DNA of 64,000 nt from an uncultured Chloroflexia bacterium (GCA_963764975.1 CAVXUF010000002.1:467809-531808); one strand, 5' to 3'; shown: positions 9,005 through 19,443, counted from the stretch's first letter. Translations and numbers: made by a program. Notes: generated from the letters alone by a model not told the origin.

Positions 9005-10569
9005 GCCAGCCCCGCCATCCGGATGATGCCCATGCCGTTCTGTCCGGCACCCAGCAGGCCGTCACGCGAGAGCGCCCACCCGTCACCGCCGTACGCGATC
9101 GGGACGACCGGCGCGTCCCGGCGGACGATCGATTCGGCTCGGTCGTACGCCGCAGACGCGATCGCCGGATCGCTGGCTGCCGCGGCCTCCTCGATGGCCG
9201 CATCGAACTCCGCGGAGTCCCAGCGACCGTAGTCATTCGTGGAGTCGCGGCCCAGGAGGACGCCGAGATAGTCGTTCCGACCGGGATAATCGGCGACCCA
9301 GTTGGACGACCAGATGGCCGGAGGATCATTGTCCAGCCGGTCGATGTACAGGCCGAAGTCCATCGTCTCGTAGCCAAGCGTGATCCCCAGTTCGCGGCGG
9401 ACCTCGGCCAGGACGGCGGCATCGTGGGCACCGCCGTTGGTGACCATCGTGACGGTCGGGAACCCCTGCCCGCCCGGGAAACCGGCTTCCGCGAGCAGCG
9501 CGCGAGCGGCGACGGGGTCGTGGACGGGCACGAAGTCCTCGTCGGAGCGTCCGGGGATCCCCGGCGGGACCATCGAGGTGGCGACGTCGGTCTCGGGGTC
9601 GCCACCGGTCGAGGCTAGCTGGCCGATACGACGCCAGTCCACCGCCATCGCGAACGCCTGGCGGACACGGACGTCATCGAACGGCGGCTGGCCCGCATCG
9701 AACCCGTAATAGCTCGTGATCAGGGACTGGACCTGGCGAAGCTGCGGTCCGAGGTTGGCGTCGTAGGCGATCCAGGCGGCGTCCTGGTCGAAGACCGGCG
9801 TGTAGTCGAGGGATCCGTCCTCGAACATCTCGACGGGGCTTTGGCCACCGGTGTCCGTGACGAGCTCGATCGTGGTGATCGCGGGGGGACCGGCCCAGTA
9901 GTGCGGGTTCGCGGTCAGCGTGATCGATGTCGTGCCCTGCCCGGTCGGGGTGTACCCGCCGCTGCCCACGAACCCTGGTCCCGGGACGAACGCGCCAACC
10001 CCGTCCTCACGCGACACGACGCCGAAGTTGGGGCTCGTGACCACGTCGATGAAGTCCGACGATGGGCGGGCGAGGTCGACCGTCAGCGTGCGCGCGGCAT
10101 CGTCCGCGGTCAGGCCGACGCTCGCCACGTCACCGGATCCGCCGATGTAGTCCACGGCGCCGGCGACGACGAGCATCAGCGACGCCAGCGGCGAGGGCCG
10201 ATCCGGATCGATGAGCCGAAGCCAGCTGCGGGTCACGTCGCTCGCGCGAAGCGGCGAACCGTCCGAGAACACGAGGTCGGGTCGAAGCTGGAAGACGATC
10301 CGGGTCCCGCCCGGCTCCACGCGCCAGGACTCCGCAAGGGCGGGCTGCAACACGAGCTGCTGGTCGAAGGTGACAAGGGTCTCGAAGAACTGGGCCGTGA
10401 CGGCGGCACTGCCGGCATCACCCTGGCGGGCTGGGTCCAGGACCGCGGGCTCGCCCGTCAGGATGCGCACCGGACGAGGCGACGGGGCACCGCCGTCCCC
10501 GCAGGCCGCTGCGACCATCGCGAGCGTGGCGAGAGCGAGCAGGGCGACCCTGACGGACGGACGGCGCAT
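8992..10569 (-). CDS. ABC transporter substrate-binding lipoprotein (family 5, peptide/nickel type)
   Basis: Lipoprotein signal MRRPSVRVALLALATLAMVAAACG. The 525-aa size and sequence are typical of SBP_bac_5. The start was moved to ATG 10569. Confidence 0.65.
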   Translation of the reverse strand: MRRPSVRVALLALATLAMVAAACGDGGAPSPRPVRILTGEPAVLDPARQGDAGSAAVTAQFFETLVTFDQQLVLQPALAESWRVEPGGTRIVFQLRPDLVFSDGSPLRASDVTRSWLRLIDPDRPSPLASLMLVVAGAVDYIGGSGDVASVGLTADDAARTLTVDLARPSSDFIDVVTSPNFGVVSREDGVGAFVPGPGFVGSGGYTPTGQGTTSITLTANPHYWAGPPAITTIELVTDTGGQSPVEMFEDGSLDYTPVFDQDAAWIAYDANLGPQLRQVQSLITSYYGFDAGQPPFDDVRVRQAFAMAVDWRRIGQLASTGGDPETDVATSMVPPGIPGRSDEDFVPVHDPVAARALLAEAGFPGGQGFPTVTMVTNGGAHDAAVLAEVRRELGITLGYETMDFGLYIDRLDNDPPAIWSSNWVADYPGRNDYLGVLLGRDSTNDYGRWDSAEFDAAIEEAAAASDPAIASAAYDRAESIVRRDAPVVPIAYGGDGWALSRDGLLGAGQNGMGIIRMAGLAWAE

Positions 10570-10755
10570 CGGCGGGAGTATACGTTCGGACCGGCTCACT
10601 CCCCCGCGGCGCCGTCGGATGTGCCGGACATGGTCGGAGGCCTCGCAGATCCACACCGCCGGGGGAACGGTGCCAGGGAGCCGCGAGGCCTCTACTCCAA
10701 CAACGTCCCGGAACCAGGAACGTTAGGCCCGCGGCACCCGGGATACGATGCCGGG

Positions 10756-12345
10756 GTGACGCTGCGCCTCCGCGACACCCTGACCCGAAGCGTCCGGCCG
10801 GTCGAGCCGATCGCGGCTGGGCGGGTGACGATGTACACGTGCGGCCCCACGGTGTACCGCTACGCGCACGTCGGGAACCTGCGCAGCTATCTCCTCGCCG
10901 ACTGGATCCGGCGTGGGCTCCTCTACCACGGTCTCGAGGTCTTCCACGTCAAGAACATCACCGACGTGGGGCACCTGCGCGACGAGCGGTTCGACCGCGG
11001 CGAGGACCGGATGCTGGTCCAGGCCGGGCTGGAGCAGAAGAGCCCGACCGAGATCGCCGCCGCCTACGAGGCCGCGTTCCATGCGGACGAGGCGCTCGTG
11101 AACATCCTCCCCGCCCACGTCTTCCCGCGCGCCACCGAACACATCGCCGAGATGGTGACGCTCGCCGAACGGCTCGAGGATGCCGGGCACGCCTACGCCA
11201 CGGCGGACCGCAACGTCTACTACGCCGTGGGATCGTTCGCCGGGTATGGCCGGCTCTCGGGGAACTCCCTCGACCAGCTTCGAGCCGGCCATCGCGGAGA
11301 CGTGGAACCGGACAAGCGCGATCCCGCCGACTTCGCGCTGTGGAAGGCCGCCGGCGAGGGCCGGATCCTGCGCTGGCCCACGTCGCGTTGGGGCGATGGC
11401 TTCCCTGGCTGGCACCTGGAGTGTTCGGCCATGGCCATGCGCTACCTGGGTGACCGGTTCGACATCCACACCGGCGGCATCGACAACGCCTTCCCGCACC
11501 ACGAGGATGAGATCGCGCAGTCCGCGCCGCTCGTGGGCGGGCCACCGGCGAACCACTGGGTCCACGGCGAGTTCCTGCTCATGGACGGCCACAAGATGGC
11601 CAAGTCCGCGGGCAACTTCCAACGCGTGACCGAACTGGCGGACCGCGGCATCGACCCCCTTGCGCTCCGCTATCTGGCGATGACGGCACGGTACGGGCAC
11701 AAGCTCGACTACTCGGACCGCTCGATCAGCGCCGCGGCGTCGGCCCTTGAGTCGCTTCGGTCCCGTGTCCGGACGTTAGGACCGCCGCCCGATGACGGTC
11801 CGTGGTCCGCGCCCGAGCCGTGGGTGGCCGGATCCGCCGGCGATCGGCCGTCCGGGATCGCCTCCGGCCTCGCGGGCCATGGCGAGGGCCCCACCGTCAC
11901 GCCGACCGATCGAGCGCACGCCCCCTCGGCTCCCCTGTCGGACCCCGGCCGGGCATCTCATGCCCGGTTCGTCGATGCCATCGACGACGACCTGGACCTG
12001 CCGGTTGCGATCGCGATCGTTCGTGAGGTCCTCCGCTCGGATCTCGACCCGCACGAGCGACGCTGGCTCGTGCTCGATGCCGATCTCGTACTCGGTCTGG
12101 GGCTGCACGCCACCTGGGACGTCGGGGCAACGGCGCGGGACACCGTTTCCACCCACGTTCCCGACGACATCGCCGAGATGGCGAGGGCGAGGACCGCGGC
12201 GCGCGCGGCCCGGGACTACGAGCGAGCGGACGTCCTCCGAACGCAGATCGAGGCGGCCGGCTGGACCGTGGTCGACGGACCCGACGGGTCGGCACTCACC
12301 CGTGCCGGGTCAGCAGGTCCCGGCGCGAGCCGAACCGGTCGATGA
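10756..12345 (+). CDS. cysS: cysteine--tRNA ligase
   Basis: [16 protein letters not shown] (HIGN-type HIGH motif as in Gram-positive CysS) and the KMAKS motif. The C-terminal helical domain [30 protein letters not shown] is present. A GTG start at 10756 is proposed. A low-complexity insertion precedes the C-terminal domain. Confidence 0.85.
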   Translation: MTLRLRDTLTRSVRPVEPIAAGRVTMYTCGPTVYRYAHVGNLRSYLLADWIRRGLLYHGLEVFHVKNITDVGHLRDERFDRGEDRMLVQAGLEQKSPTEIAAAYEAAFHADEALVNILPAHVFPRATEHIAEMVTLAERLEDAGHAYATADRNVYYAVGSFAGYGRLSGNSLDQLRAGHRGDVEPDKRDPADFALWKAAGEGRILRWPTSRWGDGFPGWHLECSAMAMRYLGDRFDIHTGGIDNAFPHHEDEIAQSAPLVGGPPANHWVHGEFLLMDGHKMAKSAGNFQRVTELADRGIDPLALRYLAMTARYGHKLDYSDRSISAAASALESLRSRVRTLGPPPDDGPWSAPEPWVAGSAGDRPSGIASGLAGHGEGPTVTPTDRAHAPSAPLSDPGRASHARFVDAIDDDLDLPVAIAIVREVLRSDLDPHERRWLVLDADLVLGLGLHATWDVGATARDTVSTHVPDDIAEMARARTAARAARDYERADVLRTQIEAAGWTVVDGPDGSALTRAGSAGPGASRTGR

Positions 12346-13264
12346 TCCGGTAGAAGTTACGCTTCGACTGGCGGTCACGCTCCGCCTCAGGCAGGCTCGA
12401 CCAGCCGCGGTGCTCATGGCGGGTCGCGGGGAGATCCACGCGGACGGCCCGACGCGGGGCGACAGCGGGACCGTCGTCGGGTGCGTCGTCGGGTGCGTCG
12501 CGCAGCATCAGGCTCCACCAGATGTCGAGGTTCCGATAGAACTTGAAGTGCTCGTCGAGCGGCCCGCGCTCCTCGAAGTCGGCTCGCCGGAAGGCCTGAG
12601 CGTAGCCCTCGATCGCGTCGACATCGCCGACCGGAGCGTCCTCGAAGGATCGCAGGTCGTCGGACGCGATCCCCCACCCCCCGGCGACCGCCACGGTCGG
12701 ATCGGCGAGCGCCGTGACCAACGGCGTGACGATGTCCCCCACCGGTTCGATGCTGGGATCGAGCACGATCACGACGGCCCCGGTCGCGCGACGGATCCCC
12801 ATGTTGAGCGCGGTCGCGTGCCCCAGCCGATCACTGGTCCAGACGATCTCGAGGTCCTCACCTGCCCCGAGCGTCGACGTCGCCTGTTCGTCCGGGGGTT
12901 CGTTGGCGACGACGACGATGGAGACACCAGGCGGCGAGCCAGCGCGAAGGCCGGCAACCGCGCGAGCCACGTCATCCGGCCAGTCCGCGGCGATGAGCAC
13001 GACCGTCGCGAGCCCGGTGGCCGGCGAGTCGAGCCGCGACGGCACGTTCCGGCTCGCCCCATAGCGAACCCGCTCGCCCTCCTCGACGTCCGGTGGAGCG
13101 GCAGGCGAGAGCGCGAAATCCGTGCCCCGATCAACCACGCGCCACCCGGCGGCCTCGATCACCGTTCGCAACCGATCTGCCTCGGCCCAGTCTCGTTCGG
13201 CACGCGCTGCGGATCGCTGGTGGGCGGCTGACAGGACGTCCTCGGGGATGCGCGTACGGGGCAC
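12296..13264 (-). CDS. family 2 glycosyltransferase with N-terminal CysS-C-terminal-like helical domain
   Basis: N-terminal SAARAERDWAEADRLRTVIEAAGWRVVDRGTDFAL is paralogous to the CysS C-terminal domain. It is followed by a GT-A-like region (VVLIAADWPDD... IVVVANEPPD ... DxD-like VLDPS). It is convergent with cysS and overlaps it by 50 bp. Confidence 0.5.
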   Translation of the reverse strand: MPRTRIPEDVLSAAHQRSAARAERDWAEADRLRTVIEAAGWRVVDRGTDFALSPAAPPDVEEGERVRYGASRNVPSRLDSPATGLATVVLIAADWPDDVARAVAGLRAGSPPGVSIVVVANEPPDEQATSTLGAGEDLEIVWTSDRLGHATALNMGIRRATGAVVIVLDPSIEPVGDIVTPLVTALADPTVAVAGGWGIASDDLRSFEDAPVGDVDAIEGYAQAFRRADFEERGPLDEHFKFYRNLDIWWSLMLRDAPDDAPDDGPAVAPRRAVRVDLPATRHEHRGWSSLPEAERDRQSKRNFYRIIDRFGSRRDLLTRHG

Positions 13265-13268
13265 CGTG

Positions 13269-13688
13269 TCAGACGACCGTTCCGTGGACCAGCCGTCTGC
13301 CGTCGTTGATCGCCGCGTCCCGCACGATGTCGTCGATCACCGAGAGGTCGATGTCATCGATCCGCTTGAACCGGATGCAGCCCTTGCCGAGGTTCGCCTT
13401 CGGGAGACGTTTGGCGTACGCCTCCACGCCGATCGGGCTCGCGTAGAGCGAGATGTAGGCCTTGTTCGACGCGAGCGCAAGGATCATCCAATCGCCCTTG
13501 CGTCCGGACACGGACTCGTACTGGTAGTGCCCGTACGACAGCAATCCGCTCATCATGTGCCGCTCGAGGTTCGGGGCGACCGCCCGGATCCGGGCGTCGA
13601 GTTCGGCGATCTGGGGTCGTCGGACGTCGTCGAGCCCGTCGATATAGGCGTCAGGGTCGCTCGTCTTGGACTGGCCGTACATCCACAC
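13269..13688 (-). CDS. DUF1801 (YdhG-like) domain protein
   Basis: 139 aa. PDAYIDGLDDVRRPQIAELDARIRAVAPNLE...YGHYQY...GCIRFKRIDDIDL follows the DUF1801 pattern. Confidence 0.55.
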   Translation of the reverse strand: MWMYGQSKTSDPDAYIDGLDDVRRPQIAELDARIRAVAPNLERHMMSGLLSYGHYQYESVSGRKGDWMILALASNKAYISLYASPIGVEAYAKRLPKANLGKGCIRFKRIDDIDLSVIDDIVRDAAINDGRRLVHGTVV

Positions 13689-13820
13689 CTCCGATCAGTC
13701 GTACGCTCATGCCGCAGCGTATCCGACCCGGCTGGAGTCCGGGGACACGGGCGCGGTGATGTGGAGGTGAGATGCCGGTCCGGCGAGTGCGGCTTCTGGC
13801 GATGGTGATGGCCGGCGCGC

Positions 13821-14429
13821 ATGTTGGCGGCCGCGTGCGGAGGATCCGCGGGTAGTGCCGACCCGACGGGGTCCGGCGCGACGAGCGGGTCGATCGCGCC
13901 CGTCCCCGTGGCGTCCGACGCCGCGGGCTCGATGGTCGCGCTCCTGCGCGCCGACGCGCGCATCGCCTGCTCGCCATCCACCGCCGAGTTGCCGGCGTCG
14001 GCCGTCGCCGGGATCGAGTGCCTCGTCGCGACCGATCCCGTAGCGAGCGTCGAGGTCATCGCGTTCAGGAACATCCGCGACGCGGCCCGCGCGTATCTGC
14101 GCACCCTCGATGGCGCCGGGGTCCGTCCACGCTCGGGCACATGCGAGGCCGGCAAGGGCGGAGATGGCGCCTGGGCACCGGGCGACGACCCGCGCGACGT
14201 CACGGCCGACGATGGCGTCGCCTACAAGGGCTCGTACTTCATCCCACAGCGATACGGATGCTTCGTGGAGGACGGGGTCGCCCACGCGATCGCGACCTGC
14301 GGCAAGCACCTGGTCGAGATCATCTCGACCGGACGCCCGCTCGAACCCCTGCACACCTGGGTCTGGACGTACGCCGACGACACCGAGCGCGAGGAGCCGG
14401 TGCCGCCCGGCATCTGCACGGGCAGCTGA
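13821..14429 (+). CDS. putative lipoprotein; the signal peptide appears split by a frameshift (upstream part in another frame from ATG 13772)
   Basis: The ORF starts MLAAACGGSAGS (lipobox-like AAAC) without an n-region. The adjacent upstream frame encodes MPVRRVRLLAMVMAGA. Joining the two would give a canonical lipoprotein signal peptide. Confidence 0.45.
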   Translation: MLAAACGGSAGSADPTGSGATSGSIAPVPVASDAAGSMVALLRADARIACSPSTAELPASAVAGIECLVATDPVASVEVIAFRNIRDAARAYLRTLDGAGVRPRSGTCEAGKGGDGAWAPGDDPRDVTADDGVAYKGSYFIPQRYGCFVEDGVAHAIATCGKHLVEIISTGRPLEPLHTWVWTYADDTEREEPVPPGICTGS

Positions 14430-14494
14430 CGACGATCCGGGGCCGCGGCCTCCCCGTCGCCGCGGTCCGCGGCGGCGCCCCTCCGCGGAAGATC

Positions 14495-14983
14495 TCAGGG
14501 CCCCCGGAGCGCGTCCTCGAGCCGGGCCACGAACGGGATCTGGGACGACTTGATGCGGGTTCGTGCCTCGCCCGGATCGAACCAGTCCACCCGGTCGATC
14601 TCCGGGACGTCGATGACCACCCCCGAACCTGGCGGCCACATCATCTCGAACGTGTTCGACCGCGCCGTCGCCGGATCGAGATCACCTTCGACCGCCCAGG
14701 CGTGAACGATCTTGCCGCCCTTCTGGGTGATCGTGCCGAGGGCGAGTGCCGCCCCGCGCGGGACCGCGTGGCCGGTCTCCTCCTCGAACTCGCGACGGGC
14801 GACGGCCAGAAGATCCAGGTCCTCGCCGGCGGCCTCGCCCGGGTCCGGTTCACCCTTCGGGATCGACCAGGCGCCGGCGTCCCTGCGGACGAAGTACGGG
14901 CCGCCGGGGTGGCCCAGCAGGACCTCGAGCGCACCGCCGACCCGACGGTAGAGCAGGATCCCGGCGCTTTGACGTGGCGGCAT
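14495..14983 (-). CDS. NUDIX hydrolase
   Basis: Nudix box GEPDPGEAAGEDLDLLAVARREFEEETG. Confidence 0.75.
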   Translation of the reverse strand: MPPRQSAGILLYRRVGGALEVLLGHPGGPYFVRRDAGAWSIPKGEPDPGEAAGEDLDLLAVARREFEEETGHAVPRGAALALGTITQKGGKIVHAWAVEGDLDPATARSNTFEMMWPPGSGVVIDVPEIDRVDWFDPGEARTRIKSSQIPFVARLEDALRGP

Positions 14984-15059
14984 CGGCGCGATCGTACCCG
15001 TCGGCGCGACGTTGGTTCGCTAGACTCGGCACGCTGATGCGGGGATCGAGGAGGGCCGG

Positions 15060-15647
15060 GTGCGCAGGATCACGCCGTCGTGGGACATGGCGATGTGGAT
15101 CGTGGCCGTGGTCGCCCTGACGCTCTCGGTGCTCAACTGGGTGGAGGCGAATCGACCCGCGGAGGTCCGACTCGTCCTCGCCGATCAGGTCCGGCTGACG
15201 GTCGGGCCGGAGGCACAGGTCTACCTTCAGCCGGTCATCGTGAGCACTGGCGCGAACGCCCGAGCCGAGGTCATCGACGCGGCGACGGCCTCGATGCTGA
15301 CACCCGACGGGGCCACGGTCGACCTCGTCTGGACCCAGACCGGCGCCTTCGAGGTGGGCCCGTTCCCCGACTATGCGGTCAGTTGGAGGATCACGAGTCT
15401 TCGGCCGGAGCCCATCGTGGTCACGCCGGCGGATCCCCAGACGCCGGTCCTACGCTGGCGGACGAGCGGCGCGTTCACCTGGACGCCGGGGGCGTACCGC
15501 ATCGAGTTGCGGGCGAACCGACTCGTGTCGGTGGATCCCCTGATCGGCGTGCTGCTCTTCGATCTGAGCCCCGCCGACGTCGAGGAGCTGTCGACCGAAG
15601 GTCCGCAGCGGTTCGTCGCCTTCGACGCAACGAGCGGTGACCGCTGA
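15060..15647 (+). CDS. hypothetical membrane-anchored protein
   Basis: 195 aa with an N-terminal TM helix (MWIVAVVALTLSVL). No recognised family. Confidence 0.35.
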   Translation: MRRITPSWDMAMWIVAVVALTLSVLNWVEANRPAEVRLVLADQVRLTVGPEAQVYLQPVIVSTGANARAEVIDAATASMLTPDGATVDLVWTQTGAFEVGPFPDYAVSWRITSLRPEPIVVTPADPQTPVLRWRTSGAFTWTPGAYRIELRANRLVSVDPLIGVLLFDLSPADVEELSTEGPQRFVAFDATSGDR

Positions 15648-15649
15648 GG

Positions 15650-15716
15650 GTCGCGCGGTCGCGCGTGCGGCGCCACGGGTCGCGCGTGCGGCGCCACGGG
15701 TCGCGCGTGCGGCGCC
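15650..15716. repeat. tandem direct repeat, 21-bp unit gtcgcgcgtgcggcgccacgg, about 3 copies
   Basis: Copies at 15658-15678 and 15679-15699, plus partial copies on both sides. It is intergenic, between two plus-strand genes. Confidence 0.7.
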
Positions 15717-15800
15717 GTTCACGCTATCGGCCTACAGTGGACATGGCACGACACGTCCGGACGCGACGGCCGTGGCCAATGATCGTTCGGAGGACCACCG

Positions 15801-16151
15801 ATGACCGAGAAGACGCTTGACGACATGGGCATGGACACGGACACCGAACTGGACGGTAACGGGATCATGGACGTCGCGGAAGCGATCGTCGCGCGCGGGC
15901 GGGCCGTCGCGGAGCGCGTGCCGGCCGTCGCCGACGGCGCTCGCGGCGCCCTGGCCGGCGCACAGGGCCAGGTGAACCAGCTCTCCGACACCGGGCTTGT
16001 CGGCGCGATCGGCTTCACGGTCGGGCTGACGAGTGGCCTCTTCGTGGCTGGTGCGCCCCGGATCCTGCTCGCGCTGTCGGCGATCCCAGTCGCCATCACC
16101 GTGCGTGCCGCCGTCGCCCGTGGGGTTGGCCCCGACCGCTTGATGAACTAG
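15801..16151 (+). CDS. hypothetical small protein with C-terminal TM helices
   Basis: 116 aa. Acidic N-terminus, then Gly/Ala-rich hydrophobic segments. Confidence 0.35.
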   Translation: MTEKTLDDMGMDTDTELDGNGIMDVAEAIVARGRAVAERVPAVADGARGALAGAQGQVNQLSDTGLVGAIGFTVGLTSGLFVAGAPRILLALSAIPVAITVRAAVARGVGPDRLMN

Positions 16152-16872
16152 ATCGCCCGCCGGTACTCGGATCGCCGTAGAGGTTCAACCGGCCGGCACG
16201 GCCGATCCGAGTGACGGCCCCGGATCGTTCGAGGCAGTAGACGGCTCGCATCGCCAGCCGTTTCGACCGGCCCGTCGCGGCCACGATGTCCGCCGTCGTG
16301 AACGGTTCCGGCAGACCGTCCGGAAGCAGGCGCAGGAGGTCGGCCGGCGAGTCGAGTCGCCGTGTTTCGATCACGTCGAGGAGGCGGCGGTCCACGCGAC
16401 GCCACGCGCGCGGGTAGCGGTACCTGACGCCGTCGGGGACCGGACCTCGGATCTCCTCTTCGTGGATGAACGCCAGATCGATCCGGGCGTCGGGGTGCAC
16501 GATGAACGTCATGGCATGCACGAGTTCATCGAACACGTCGAGGGGCAGGCCGCGTTTGGGCGAGCGACGCCGCGACACGACGACCCCATCGGCATCGACT
16601 CGGACCAGCCACTTCACGACCGCGATGGGGTAGACGAGCACGACGCGATGCGACTCGAGGAGCCGCTCGAGCTTGCGCCGGATCGAGGCGAAGCTGCCGG
16701 TCTGGATCTCCACCAGTTCGTCGTGCCCGACGACGTCGACGACGAAGCCGTCCACCTCGGCCTCGACCCGCGCGCCGTCGATGGCCGTTGCGTAGCGCGC
16801 CTTGAGGGCGGCATGCAGCGAACCCTCCCGAAACGTCGTGAAGGCAGTCCGGTCCCGCGGCTTGGGCGTCAC
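16096..16872 (-). CDS. hypothetical protein with PD-(D/E)xK-like motif and C-terminal winged-helix-like segment
   Basis: GARVEAEVDGFVVDVVGHDELVEIQT resembles an E...D...E-x-Q/K nuclease-fold core. The C-terminal LAMRAVYCLERSGAVTRIG is wHTH-like. Confidence 0.35.
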   Translation of the reverse strand: MTPKPRDRTAFTTFREGSLHAALKARYATAIDGARVEAEVDGFVVDVVGHDELVEIQTGSFASIRRKLERLLESHRVVLVYPIAVVKWLVRVDADGVVVSRRRSPKRGLPLDVFDELVHAMTFIVHPDARIDLAFIHEEEIRGPVPDGVRYRYPRAWRRVDRRLLDVIETRRLDSPADLLRLLPDGLPEPFTTADIVAATGRSKRLAMRAVYCLERSGAVTRIGRAGRLNLYGDPSTGGRSSSSSGRGQPHGRRRHAR

Positions 16873-17140
16873 CGGGTCATCCTACGGGCGGGTGGCGCTC
16901 CCGGGCCGGGGCGCCTGCGGGCGGCGCCATTGGGCGCGTTTGCACCCCATGCACACAACGGGACGCGACGCGGGGCTTCCTGCTGGATTCGTGCATGCGG
17001 AGCAAAGATTCGGTCAGCAGGCCGCGGTTCGGCCCGACTCCCGGGCCCGTTTGGCCGGGGTGCACGGGAACGGAGCGATCCGGGGCCGATATTGCTCGTT
17101 GTGTGCCCGGGGTGCACACGTTGCACCCGGAGCACGAGAA

Positions 17141-17830
17141 TCAGCGCGTCGTCGTCCTCGGGATGACGATGATCGCACTCCCACCGGGATCCGCCCCGAC
17201 TCGGAGCAACTCCAACGCGCGAGCACCGGGGACCGGGAACGTCGAGCCCGCGACGGCCGCGATCTCACGCAGGAAGGCGCGCGTCTGACGGGTGTCGCGA
17301 ACGATCAACAGGACCCCATCAACGTGCCCGTCGCGCTGCTTCAGGGCGAGCCGACGGAGCGTCGCCTGCCCATCGTTCGGCGCGGTCTCCGCCTCCACGC
17401 CGTAGCGCCATCCGGACCCGCTGACGAGCCCGTCCCAGGCGCGCTGGTCGCCGAACCCTGGAAGCGGGACCTCAGCCGCCCACTCGATGGACGCGTGAAG
17501 GAGACGACGGAAGTCCCCGACCAGCTCCAGCTGGGCCGCATCACGGATCGGCGAGCCGCCCGGATACGTCTTCACTGAGAGATCCAGTCCTACCACGGCA
17601 CACGTTCGAGCCAGGAGCACAAGATCGACGTGCTCGAGGACCCCACGCTCGAGACGGCTCTCCGTGGATCCCGACACGCCCACGGCAGCACCGACCTCCG
17701 CCAGGGTCAGGCCTCGGTCGAGCCGAGCGGCACGGATATCCGCGCCGACACCGACCCGGAGCCGCCGACCACGCAGCGGTCCCTCGATCGACCGGTCGCT
17801 CACGGGTTCCCACGATCGCCATCGTGCCAC
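17141..17830 (-). CDS. XRE-family helix-turn-helix transcriptional regulator
   Basis: ADIRAARLDRGLTLAEVGAAVGVSGSTESRLERG is a canonical XRE HTH. An uncharacterised C-terminal domain follows. Confidence 0.55.
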   Translation of the reverse strand: MARWRSWEPVSDRSIEGPLRGRRLRVGVGADIRAARLDRGLTLAEVGAAVGVSGSTESRLERGVLEHVDLVLLARTCAVVGLDLSVKTYPGGSPIRDAAQLELVGDFRRLLHASIEWAAEVPLPGFGDQRAWDGLVSGSGWRYGVEAETAPNDGQATLRRLALKQRDGHVDGVLLIVRDTRQTRAFLREIAAVAGSTFPVPGARALELLRVGADPGGSAIIVIPRTTTR

Positions 17831-18423
17831 GCGCCACTTACCTGGGGATCATCGGCGGTCCACCTGCAGGGACCGCGGAGACCTAGCCGGTCGTCACGAC
17901 CGTCGTGATGGGCACGGCCCGTTCGAGCGGATCGCACGCCGGGCAATGCGGGACGCCCGATGCGAGCGACGTCCTCGATCGTCTGGCGATCGACTCACGC
18001 CGCACCAGGCGAACGACGACCCGGCCGCTCAGCGGGCCGGCCGGCACCGACTCGTCGACTCAAGAAGCATCTCGTCGTCCATTGTGACGACGGTGAACAT
18101 CGGCCGTCGAAGGCGATCTGTGCCTGGCCAAAGCCGCATCGTGCAGGGTCGCCCTTCACGTTGCTGAGCTTGCTCGCCGGCTGGGGGGGCTTCCCGGGGC
18201 CGATCTGACGCATCGAACCGGTCGGCAGAACCTGTCGGGCGCGGCTCGATGTCACCTGAATTCATCCCGGACCCGAATGGCCAACCCGTCCGCGATGAGG
18301 CCGACGCCGCCTGCGGGATGGCAGCGTCCTGGTTCGATGGCGGCAAATAGTCGCTGGCGGCAGTCGATGGCGAGGTCTGTCTCCTCGAGCACCCGACGGT
18401 CGGACCTGGCGGGTGCGCGGACG

Positions 18424-19443
18424 TCAGCCGAACAGCGACGCGTACGCGTTGATCGCCGGCTGACCGCCCAGATGCGCGTAGAGCACGTTGCTGTCCGCCC
18501 CGATCTCGCCGCGCGCCACCAGATCGATCATCCCCGCCATCGACTTCCCCTCGTAGACAGGGTCGGTGATCATCCCCTCGAGTCGCGCCGCTAGGCGCAT
18601 CGCCTCGAGCGTCGCCCCATCCGGGATCCCGTAGATGCCCGCGTGGTAGCGGTCATCGAGGATGATCTCGTCGGGCCGGAGGTCCCGCGCCAGTCCGATC
18701 GCGCCGGCCGTTCGTCGGGCGATCCGCGTGATCTGATCGAGCGTCTCGGCCGGCTTCGCGGAGCCATCGATGCCGACCACGCGTCGCGGTCGACCGCCCG
18801 CATCTTCGAGGACGGCGAACCCGGCGATCATCCCGGCCTGCGTGGACCCGGTGACCGAGCAGACGACGATCGTGTCGAAGAAGACGCCGAGCTCGCGCTC
18901 CTGGTCGGCGACCTCCATCGCCCAGCCGGCGAACCCGTGACCGCCAAGCGGATGATCCGACGCGCCGGCCGGGATCGGATACGGCTTGCCGCCGGCCGCC
19001 ACGACGTCCGCAAGCGCCTGCTCCCAGCTCTCCTTGAACCCGATCCCGAACCCGGCGGGGTGCAGTCGGACGTCGGCGCCCATGAGACGGGACATCAGGA
19101 TGTTGCCGACCCGGTCGTACGTCACGTCCGGCCAGTCCACCCAGTGCTCCTGGACGAGGACGCAGCCGAGGCCGGCATGCGCCGCGACGGCCGCCACCTG
19201 TCGGGTGTGGTTCGACTGCACGCCACCGATCGAGACGAGCGTGTCACAGCCCTGGGCGAGGGCGTCGGCCAGCAGGTACTCGAGCTTGCGGACCTTGTTC
19301 CCACCGAACGCCAGCCCGGAGTTGCAGTCCTCGCGCTTGGCCCACAGGGTCGCGCCACCGAGGTGCTTCGAAAGGCGGTCCAGTCGCTGGATCGGCGACG
19401 GACCGAAGAGGAGCGGCGCACGCGGGAAATCGGCGAGTGACAT
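18424..19443 (-). CDS. PLP-dependent 1-aminocyclopropane-1-carboxylate deaminase / D-cysteine desulfhydrase family protein
   Basis: [12 protein letters not shown] and [18 protein letters not shown] motifs. About 340 aa after moving the start to ATG 19443 ([11 protein letters not shown]). Confidence 0.8.
   Translation of the reverse strand: MSLADFPRAPLLFGPSPIQRLDRLSKHLGGATLWAKREDCNSGLAFGGNKVRKLEYLLADALAQGCDTLVSIGGVQSNHTRQVAAVAAHAGLGCVLVQEHWVDWPDVTYDRVGNILMSRLMGADVRLHPAGFGIGFKESWEQALADVVAAGGKPYPIPAGASDHPLGGHGFAGWAMEVADQERELGVFFDTIVVCSVTGSTQAGMIAGFAVLEDAGGRPRRVVGIDGSAKPAETLDQITRIARRTAGAIGLARDLRPDEIILDDRYHAGIYGIPDGATLEAMRLAARLEGMITDPVYEGKSMAGMIDLVARGEIGADSNVLYAHLGGQPAINAYASLFG

Noticed and set aside
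10723-11700. 325-aa minus-strand ORF
   Set aside because: It is antisense to cysS, which carries unmistakable class I synthetase motifs.
14018-15037. 339-aa plus-strand ORF
   Set aside because: It is an Arg-rich frame antisense to the NUDIX gene.
15650-15716. Possible CRISPR array
   Set aside because: There are only about 3 contiguous identical 21-bp units without spacers, and no cas genes nearby.
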